DNA of 64,000 bases, from assembly GCA_963833425.1 (NCBI GenBank), contig CAWHXP010000002.1, forward strand, positions 256,001 to 320,000, in the 5' to 3' direction. Numbering within the stretch: position 1 is the stretch's first letter; each line of letters starts with the position of its first letter. The DNA comes from an uncultured Methanosarcinaceae archaeon (GTDB lineage: Archaea > Halobacteriota > Methanosarcinia > Methanosarcinales > Methanosarcinaceae). Positions 55,429 to 64,000 of the stretch are shown here, one piece after another. A program made the translations under genes and the position numbers. A model generated the notes under the pieces. It did not search any database and was not told where the DNA came from. It worked only from the letters and a program-made list of their open reading frames with translations.

Positions 55429-56175
55429 TTGTCAGATACGGATTATGACAATAATGATGTGAAGATTGTTACCAAACCTTTAAAATCAAAAAATCCGATT
55501 TTAATTGAAGGTTTTCCAGGAATCGGACTCGTGGGGAACATAGCAAGCCAGCATATGATCGAAGAATTGAATATGGAGTACATTGGCTCCATTGACTCCA
55601 GATATTTTCCTTCTATTGCAGTGCTATATGAGGGACTTATAAACATGCCTGTAAGGATTTACGAAAAAGAGGAGCGTAACTTGATTATCGTAATTTCCGA
55701 TATTCCTATCAGTCACACAGTCTCTTACGATGTCAGTAATGCTCTAGTGGACTGGGCTCAGTCTATTAATGTAAAAGAAATAATTTCCATTGCAGGAATT
55801 GCTATTATGGATGGAGGGCACAAAGTCTTTGGAGCAGCTACCATGCCGGAAATGCTGGAAAAAATTAGGAGTAAAGTAGAGATTTTCCAGATGGGAACTA
55901 TCTCCGGAATTTCGGGCAGCGTAATGACTGAATGCCTGCTGCGTGGGATTCCTGCACTTAGCTTACTTGGAGCTACCAGAACTCAGAATCCGGACCCAAG
56001 GGCTGCATCTGCTGTTATTGAAGTTTTAAACGAGCTTTATGAGCTTTCGATAGATACTCAAAGGCTTGTAGAACAGGCTGAACGTATAGAAATAGAACTT
56101 CAGAGGCTTGCTGAGGATGTTCAGACAACTGAGCAGAAAGGGGAAGTAAAAAAGGAATTTCCAATGTACGGGTGA
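55429..56175 (+). CDS. Proteasome assembly chaperone (PAC2) family protein
   Basis: LIEGFPGIGLVGNIA, PVRIY and PDPRAA; TTG start after GAGGTG. Confidence 0.88.
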   Translation: MSDTDYDNNDVKIVTKPLKSKNPILIEGFPGIGLVGNIASQHMIEELNMEYIGSIDSRYFPSIAVLYEGLINMPVRIYEKEERNLIIVISDIPISHTVSYDVSNALVDWAQSINVKEIISIAGIAIMDGGHKVFGAATMPEMLEKIRSKVEIFQMGTISGISGSVMTECLLRGIPALSLLGATRTQNPDPRAASAVIEVLNELYELSIDTQRLVEQAERIEIELQRLAEDVQTTEQKGEVKKEFPMYG

Positions 56176-56179
56176 TCCC

Positions 56180-56569
56180 ATGGAGTACATAGCATTAACA
56201 GGAATTGCTGATTCTGTGATCGATATCCTGAAAAAACATAATCTCAGAACTCTTGAAATTCGAAATCCTCTAAATTTTTTAGGAATAATCGAGCTTAATG
56301 TGGGAGATGATGTTCTTCTGACTTCTACCAGCCTTCAGGACATTAAAGAGGGGACTCCAGGTCTGATAGCAAGGGTTATGCAGAAGCAAATCTCGGTTCA
56401 TTCTATTCTCAGCTCAAACGATATTTATACTGAAGAGCGAGAAGCTATGTCTGTCCGCATCCAACTTGAATATAGATCTATAGCAAGGGTGAAAAGCGTT
56501 GTTTCAAATAAACTGGGAAAACCGATAAGAATGGATGCGAGGGAGATTTCATGCTACGAAGCAAGATAA
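56180..56569 (+). CDS. DUF473-like archaeal protein
   Basis: ALTGI...RTLEIR...N...GD.V.LT..S..D...GT.GLIA pattern. Confidence 0.75.
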   Translation: MEYIALTGIADSVIDILKKHNLRTLEIRNPLNFLGIIELNVGDDVLLTSTSLQDIKEGTPGLIARVMQKQISVHSILSSNDIYTEEREAMSVRIQLEYRSIARVKSVVSNKLGKPIRMDAREISCYEAR

Positions 56570-56751
56570 CAATCTAATTGAATGATGTAATCGCTAAAAA
56601 CGGTTATATGAACTGAATTTTTTCTAGTTATTCACTGCCTAAGCTTCAGGAAATAACTATCAATTTTTCAAGGACAAAAATATAGCTTCCTGTTCTAATT
56701 TCTCTTTGGGAAAAACTTTTAAAAAATTGAACAAGAAATGGATCATTAATA

Positions 56752-56840
56752 GATAATTTTGATAAAACTCTAATTTTCAAAAGTCGTTGATATACATTTT
56801 ATAAAAATATGACAAAATTTACAAGTTTATCGAAATACTC
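56752..56840 (+). mobile_element. ~88-bp MITE with IS5-type ends (copy 3)
   Basis: GATAATTTTGATAAAAC...ATGACAAAATTT...AAGTTTATCGAAATACTC. Confidence 0.75.
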
Positions 56841-57959
56841 AAGATATGCTAATATTTCTCCAAAGTATTTACGTACGTTCTCTCTGCAACTTTTTTTTCT
56901 TACCATAGTTTTTGGTTTTCTACTACCAGGTGCTTCCGTATTCTCTAATATTTCTCCTCTACTTTTACCTTACTATTTACTAATACCCAACTATCATCCT
57001 AACCTAAACTTTCTACCTGGCATTCCGAAGTGAAAAGTATGAACATGTCAAATTTAAATTTTTCCCATATATGCTTTTAGATCCACGTTTGATACCCATA
57101 AAAATTTTCCCGGAATATGCTCAATTTTTTTAGCAGTAAATATTCTCCTGGATAAGTTTGAAATTACGCATTTGAAATAAAAACCAAATACTTCAAACAT
57201 TACGATCTAATTAAAAAAGAATTTTAAATGTATATTGCAGATTTTACAGAAAATTATGCATGTTATATCTAAAATTAATCTACTTATATTTGAAAAAAAA
57301 ATCACAATATTAAGTTCATTAAGATTTCCACAAATAATGCAAACATAATTAATATAAAATTATATTTTGATTTTAAAGCATTTTACGAGGAAATAATTTT
57401 TATTCAGAAATTATTTTTTGTATAATTAATTTAAAATAACGGTGGAGACAATTTTTGATTTTAGATTAAAGTAAACGAATAAAGAGTTGAGTGAGGAATA
57501 TCAGTAGGATGTGTGATTACGCAGAGTGGATGTATAGATCTATTGGGTAATCGTAGAAAATTTTGATAAACTTCCGATTTTCAACAAATTGCTTCCATTC
57601 ACTTTTTCGCTACGGCCTCTTAGCTTAAATCATGTCCATCAGCAGATTAGAGATCCCCAATATTTCAAACTGTACCGTTTATGGGACACAATTGACTTAT
57701 TGTTGATCATAGTTTACAATTGATTACATTTGATCAAAAGCCAACAAAGTCAGAATTTTTAGGTAAAAGAAAGAAATTATTGTATAGTTGATCCTCGAGA
57801 AATAAACCTTTTATGGACTAATCTTAAAAGAATTAACCTTGAAAGAGCTAATCATTTTATGGCTGATCTTGAATAATCTGACTTTGACGTAGCTACCTTG
57901 ATGTAGCTAACCTTTAGGAACTAACGCAGACAACAATGTTTAGAAAGATTAGGACTATA

Positions 57960-58047
57960 GGGGATTCAATAAACCCCTTATTTTCACGATTTATTTATGT
58001 ATCAATTATAAGCATATGAAAAAGTTTAGGAGTTTATCAAAATCACT
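57960..58047 (+). mobile_element. ~88-bp MITE with IS5-type ends (copy 4)
   Basis: GGGGATTCAATAAACC...ATTTTCAC...GAGTTTATCAAAATCAC. Confidence 0.6.
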
Positions 58048-58071
58048 TTATTTTTAAAACAGTATTTAAAA

Positions 58072-59066
58072 GGTTCTGTATAAATGCTCTAAATTGAACT
58101 TTTACACTACATTATTATAATTATTCCGTTAGAGTATTCTCCTTATTTTTCTGCTAAAAACGAAGGAACATTCTATATTGAAGTTTAATAAGTACATTAA
58201 ATTTGTTTATATTAACCTTGAAACTGTTCAGTCTTCGAGACTGAAGCTTTATTCCTGCAAATATTCAAAACACGTTTATGCCCAGCATTAGCTTCTTTTA
58301 CTGGTTTTATTTAAAGAGTATATTCGTACAGACTATCTCTAGATTTTGTAGAACTCATTGACCTTATGAGCGATATAAATGAAAAATTTGCTCTTGATAA
58401 AATTCCACATTTCACTACTCTTCAAAAGTATGTAACTAGGATTCCTTCTTATCTGTTTAACCATCTTCTGTCAAGGATTATAAAGCTGTTTTACTCATAT
58501 GGAGAAAATATCTATGATACAGCGATTGATGCAAGGGATTTACGAGTCCCTATGCAAGTTATTATTCCAGAAGAACGGGAATCTTCGAAGAAGCTTCCTG
58601 AGAACTTCAATATCATTAGACATAAGTAAAAAGGTAATATTGGGATGGAAAATTAGTCAAAAAACAGACAATGAAATCAAACATGCAAATGCTCTGATAA
58701 GACAATCAAATAAGATGAGAAAGTCTGATTGTTATGTAATGGATAGAGACGATTCAGAAAAAAATCCATTCTATAATTAGAAAAGAAATCAAAGCAGATT
58801 CAATTATACCTGTAAGAGAGAGAAAAAGGAAGAAAATAGGAGTAAATATAGAAACCAGCTGCCTCTGTCTTTGACAAAATTAAATCTAATCAAATAAATA
58901 TTGTGGAGACAATGTTTTCTGTAGTTTAATGAAAATTAGGAGAAACACTTAAGGCAAGGAAATTCCGTTATCAAGTAAAAGAGATTAAAATTAAATTAAT
59001 AGCATACAACATAAACAAAAAAATTATAAATATAATTTGCATCAAATTATGGATTTCTAAAGAGCC
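58072..59066 (+). mobile_element. Decayed DDE insertion sequence (IS5/IS4-like), distinct from the IS at 1232
   Basis: Imperfect TIR GGTTCTGTATAAATGC / GGATTTCTAAAGAGCC. Transposase pieces YSCKYSKHVY, IPHFTTLQK, AIDA, YVMD and NIVETMFSV are broken by stops. Confidence 0.8.
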
Positions 59067-59861
59067 ATTTAAAACAATATTTTTAGGATAGCATGCATTG
59101 ACGCATAGTTTCTGTTGAAAAAGAGTTCAAAACGGTGAAAAATGATATTTCGTCGCTTCCGATAGAAGCGTTTCATTAAAAGATAAAAATTCTAATTCAT
59201 TAAGTTAATGACTAAAATAATGCAGAGGTAGGTTTAATATTAACCAATTCTATCGGTACGCTATAAAATTGCTCTTTTTACTGTCTTGGATGGTACTTAT
59301 TTTGCCCATCAACTCGGAAACTTTTGAATTTAATTATCCAAGAGTTTTAGATCACTCCTGATATCATTCCTCTTTCACCGATATATAAATACCAAAATCG
59401 CTCCTCTACATTATAATCTCGCCTATTACGCAGATATAAAAAGCTCTAAATTACTTGGCAGGAAGTGGAAATGGGAAATTGAAATACGTTCCTCTTTTTG
59501 AGATTGCGGATTCAGAAGATGTTGATATTAGATAAGATGGGACATAAATCTGCAGAAAGATCAAGGTGTTTCTCAGGAAGTTGTAGGCAAAACAACCGGA
59601 CATGTTGTCAATGGTCGATTTGTATACATAGGTACTAACTTGAAGTTGGAAATTATCAGTTGATAGATGGGTACCGTAAAGTGATTTACATAGCTATTGC
59701 AGTTATCATCTTCAGCTCTGTAAGCTGGCTACTTAACAGGAAAAAAGATATACAGATATGGAATTCGTTTGCCTATTTGTCAAATATTATTCGTTGAAGA
59801 AACCGACAATTAGGACCTGTAGATTTTTGTCACTCATTTAGCTGTCATTCATCTCAATCCT

Positions 59862-60146
59862 TTAGTTATCATCGAAATCGGCTTTAATTTTGAGTGCATC
59901 TTCACGAGAAAGAGATGTGCATGTTATCGTTGCTTTGAACTTGTTTAATAGCTCTAGTACCTTATCTTCGGCCCATTTCGTGATTAAGATAAATAAAGCA
60001 AAGATTCCTATCAAAATACTCCAAAATGCGCCGCCAATTATGCCTATACCCGCAAGATGTACTGCCCGCTTCACCTGTGTTTTGCCATCGTGCTTGCAAA
60101 TTATCCCAAAAAAGAGTAATATGTTCGTTTTATCAGATTTTATCAA
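59862..60146 (-). pseudogene. DUF1269-like membrane protein remnant with internal deletion
   Basis: GGAFW..LIG is joined directly to LFILI.KW.EDKVLE.L.KF..TI..TSLS.ED. Confidence 0.5.
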
Positions 60147-60804
60147 TGACTCATCTCCAATACCTAAATCTATTTATTTGCAAGTGTCCAAAAGGCTTTC
60201 TTTTTACTTTCCCTATTTTCAGAGTAAAGACTAAAATCAAGCACAATATTTATTTTAGTTAAATTATTATTTCAACAGTTAAATTGCGTAGATATTCGAA
60301 TTGATAAGATTTCAGCCTAAAACTACCAAAATCTATTCATTTTAAGCGACAATGTACAGTTACCTCCATGGTTATTTTAAATTAATTATACAAAAAATAG
60401 TTTCTGAATAAAAGTTATTTCCCCGTAAAATGTTTTGATTCTAAACAATAATTTAATATTAATTATGTTATTACTTTATAGATAGTCACATATTTAATAT
60501 TGAGCATTTTCGGAAAAAGCACTTAAAATTGTGCTTATCAAATTCTCAAATTAAAAAATCTGATAAAAGTTATTACCAAAATTTTATCTTTTAAATAAAA
60601 AATTTTTAAATTCATTGCCATTCCCTTAGGTCAGTGAATAAATCTGCGAAATGATCTTTTAGAAACTCCTTAGTGGCTAAAAGAAGCAGAGAATTTAAAC
60701 CGAGAGATTGCGAATCCATTTTGAATCAAATACTTCCACTCTTAAATTGATTATAAAAGAAAAGGAAGCACTATATCTCATGATACTTTAACGAGGTAAT
60801 GGCG

Positions 60805-60920
60805 GATTACCAGAAACTGGAATAGGGATTATAATTTGTAAAAAAATTGCGTAATATATGGGGGTATATGGATGGAATCTAAACTGGGTAAAGGTTCAAT
60901 TTTTTTATTTCGCTTTATCA
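60805..60920 (+). pseudogene. Histidine kinase HATPase_c C-terminal remnant
   Basis: TGIGIIICKKI / GIWMESKLGKGS.F pieces. Confidence 0.55.
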
Positions 60921-61404
60921 ATCAACCTTATCGAATTTCAAAAACCAATTTTTTACATATAAGAAAAATTTATAAAGTGTAGCTTTTTCTGTAAAATTTC
61001 CTCTAGCCACTTTAATCTTCTTTTTAATCCTTACTCCATATTATTCACACTTGTTTTCTGTGCACAAGATAAGTCCGAATTACATCCTATATTGAAAAAC
61101 AAAATTATATATCGGGCACAAAAATTTGACTTATAATTTACAGCAAATTCACAACACTGCCATTGAATTTTAAAATACTTCTGTATTGAGAAAATATATG
61201 AAACTTTTATGTAAATATGTGGGAAGTGGAAACAAAAAAATTACCAATCCACTTTTCATTTTTCATCTGTCACATATGAATTGGGCCGTTTAGTTTAGAG
61301 CACGATCCTGGTAAATAAACTGTGTTCAATAATTATATATATTGATTTTTAATTCATTATATCAACTTTACTTCTGAACAAGGTACTCCTACATGGAATG
61401 TATC

Positions 61405-61520
61405 AAAAGATGCAATGATGTCGTTTTTCCTTGCTGATGTGTCTTAGTAGATGATGAATTTCGCATTTATTATGGAAGTGCAGATATGTCAGTATCAATG
61501 CCCAGTGCAAAATTGCGAAT
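61405..61520 (+). pseudogene. GH130-like glycosidase C-terminal remnant
   Basis: NDVVFPC*CVLVDDEFRIYYGSAD. Confidence 0.5.
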
Positions 61521-61629
61521 ACCTGAGTAGATACAGGGGTGCTCTGAGAAACAATGTCCTGAAGAATACTGTAGATAGTTTGAAGAAAAAAAAATTTTCT
61601 AGATACAAAAAAAGTGATTTTAAATAAAA

Positions 61630-61717
61630 GAGAATTTCGATAAATCTCTAATTTTCAAAGTAACTTATAAACTATTTATAATCACATGACAAAATTAAGG
61701 AATTTATCTAAATTCTC
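61630..61717 (+). mobile_element. ~88-bp MITE with IS5-type ends (copy 5)
   Basis: GAGAATTTCGATAAATC...ATGACAAAATT...AATTTATCTAAATTCTC. The first 14 nt are identical to the IS5 left end at 1232. Confidence 0.8.
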
Positions 61718-61779
61718 TATAGGCCTAGTTTCTCTAGAGTTGTTGTCTACGTTAGCTTTAAAAGGTTACTCTAATGTTC

Positions 61780-61945
61780 TAAAAACTGCTGCTCTGGTGA
61801 TTTAAAAACTAGCCGAAACTCCTCTTTTAGTTGTATGAAAAATTCTTTGTCCAATTTTTACCTTATAAAGCACTCTCACTTTAGACAGCTGGTCAATTTT
61901 GATAAATTAAGCGCTACTTCAAGGTTAGCCTTAAAAGAGTTTATA
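61780..61945 (-). pseudogene. Pentapeptide-repeat protein C-terminal remnant
   Basis: KANLEVALNLS / IDQLSKVRVLYKVK pieces. Confidence 0.45.
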
Positions 61946-63073
61946 GAATTATATATATTATTTATATATATTATCAATCTTACTTACAGATAATCATACC
62001 TTCAAAGAAACAAATCTGGATCATCAATTAGAATATAAAATTCACTCAGTGAATCTGCCGATGAAAAGTTTATTGGAAGACGAACAGCATGAAAATTGGA
62101 TTCAATTAGCTGAAGGTTGGCAAGTAGACAAAATGGGATAATAGCCATTTGGCAAACCAATAACGATACCGACTATTTAATGAACAGTCTTTCTGTAATA
62201 ATATTAATAGTTCAAGTAGCAGAAATATTGCGTGTGAAAAGCCCAAACTACGAACAAGGCTATTAAGTCAGCTACATAGCTTGCTACCACTTCTCTATCA
62301 ACAATATTTTTTATGATATCAAAGTTGGTTTAGGTCCGAATTTTAGCTATAATAGTGGACATGAATATAGGAAATTAATGCAATTTCAGAGAGTAAAAAT
62401 AAAAATATAGAGTCAAAAATTAATGACATAGATATAATTCGAGGGAAAATTATTGAGAAGTTTATTCGGGTCAGAAAAATGCACAAGTCACAAATTATTT
62501 AAATTTTTTATTCGAACGGCTTTTTTTAGCTCCTAGCACTTCAATTGCTCTCGAATTGATAAAGGTTAACATCTATAGCCTGTAATTAGGATACAAACGT
62601 TGAATGTTTCCCAGTTCCTTTTTGGATATTCCATATAGTCCTTTGATTTACTAGGTACGTGATCACAAAAGTATTAAATATATATCTAATTTCATTCGAC
62701 TGCATAGAGTAAATTTAATGAAGAATATGTGCCTATTTTAGGAACTACAGTTTAATAAAATTAACAGAAATAAATTGGATCTTGAGATCATAGATCAAGA
62801 GTTATTGAAGTACCGAAGTTACGGCATTTATTGCAAGACTCATCAGGAAGGAATGAATTTTCAGCAAATTTCAGTAGAACTATCAAAATGTACCAGAAGG
62901 CTTTAAAGTTCTTCTAAAAATGATATTAATTATAAAATCTCAGGATTCTCTAAAATTAAAAATTGAATCTGAAAACAAAAAATTGGTCAAAAAAGGACCA
63001 ATTTGTATTCTATAAAAAGGTTCTGAAAGGTTGTAAGATCTCCAGAAACCCTCGATTAATATTTATAATTTTT

Positions 63074-64000
63074 TCACATGTCTTCTGGCATTTCGCCACC
63101 GGAGCCTGCGCCTGGGCCTGCACCTGCTGTTCCACTGCTTGATGAGGCGATTACGTCATCGATTCTGAGAATCATGATTGCAGCTTCTGTGGCTGCATTA
63201 ATTGCCTGGGTCTTAATTCGGAGAGGTTCGAGAACATTGTTTTCGAACATGTCCTCAATCTTACCGCTGTAGACGTTAATCCCTGCCCTTTTGTTTCCCT
63301 TCTCGTGCTGGGAGCGCATTTCCACAAGCATATCTATCGGGTCAAGCCCTGCATTTTCTGCAAGTGTCTGAGGAATAATTTCGAGAGACTCAGCAAACTT
63401 CATCACAGCAAGCTGTTCTCTGCCTTTAAGGGTTGCTGAGTATTCCTTGAGTCTGAGGGCTAATTCAATTTCAGGTGAGCCTCCACCCACAACTATCTTC
63501 TGGTCTTCTAGAGCAACACCCACGACTCTGAGAGCGTCTTCGAGAGCTCTCTCAATCCCCTCAACTACATGTTCGGTTCCACCGCGAAGGAGAATTGAGG
63601 TGGTTTTGCTTTCCTTGCAATCTGTGACGAAAGTCATTCTGGAACCTGTAACATCCTTTTCTTCCACAAGGCCGGCATATCCAAGGTCTGATTCTTCAAT
63701 TTCATCCATGCTTGTGATGATCTTTGCACCTGTTGCCCGAGATAGCTTGTCCATATCGCTCTTCTTAACTCTGCGCATAGCGAAAATACCAGCTTTTGTG
63801 AGATAATACTGGGCAAGATCATCAATGCCTTTCTGGCAGAAAACCACTTTTGCACCTGTCCTTATTACCTTTTCCACGATTTCCTTGAGCATGGATTCTT
63901 CTTGATCTAGGAATAACTGCATCTGGTCAGGGGTGGTGATCTTTATTTCGGCTTTTGTTTCAGTCTTCTTGAGTTCAATGGGTACACTCAAGAGTAAAAC
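63074..64000 (-). CDS. ths: Thermosome (group II chaperonin) subunit, 5' end outside the window
   Basis: [42 protein letters not shown] and a Gly-rich tail. Confidence 0.95.
   Translation of the reverse strand, partial: VLLLSVPIELKKTETKAEIKITTPDQMQLFLDQEESMLKEIVEKVIRTGAKVVFCQKGIDDLAQYYLTKAGIFAMRRVKKSDMDKLSRATGAKIITSMDEIEESDLGYAGLVEEKDVTGSRMTFVTDCKESKTTSILLRGGTEHVVEGIERALEDALRVVGVALEDQKIVVGGGSPEIELALRLKEYSATLKGREQLAVMKFAESLEIIPQTLAENAGLDPIDMLVEMRSQHEKGNKRAGINVYSGKIEDMFENNVLEPLRIKTQAINAATEAAIMILRIDDVIASSSSGTAGAGPGAGSGGEMPEDM

Noticed and set aside
1..64000. CRISPR array, rRNA or tRNA genes
   Set aside because: I saw no regularly spaced repeat-spacer units or recognisable structural RNA genes. 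Short RNAs could be missed by eye.

Overview
This is an archaeal chromosomal window, most consistent with Methanosarcina. It carries leuA, RFAP synthase, Nop5-fibrillarin, archaeosine tRNA-guanine transglycosylase, a PAC2 chaperone, a thermosome subunit and YVTN surface-protein remnants. Housekeeping blocks (3.7-9.3 kb, 44.6-56.6 kb, 63-64 kb) alternate with AT-rich spacers full of gene remnants, decayed IS elements and miniature IS derivatives. The centre (18.5-42 kb) is a surface-glycan island. It holds an rmlCBDA dTDP-rhamnose operon, an intact IS6, and a GC-rich cassette encoding RfbF, RfbG, RfbH, a ThDP enzyme, an SDR and a GtrA/GtrB/GT-C-like trio, followed by a glycosyltransferase, a Wzx flippase and a methyltransferase. 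Two candidate undescribed systems stand out. (1) A UbiA prenyltransferase, a divergent geranylgeranyl-reductase-like flavoprotein and a radical SAM/SPASM gene at 49.0-52.3 kb; the chemistry fits methanophenazine or another prenyl-ether biosynthesis. (2) The 22.8-31.7 kb cassette, which resembles a yersiniose-type branched-chain dideoxysugar pathway joined to a lipid-carrier glycan modification system. Four genes appear to lack a canonical start at the expected position. An ~88-bp IS5-derived MITE occurs five times. All calls come from reading motifs by eye; no database search was run.
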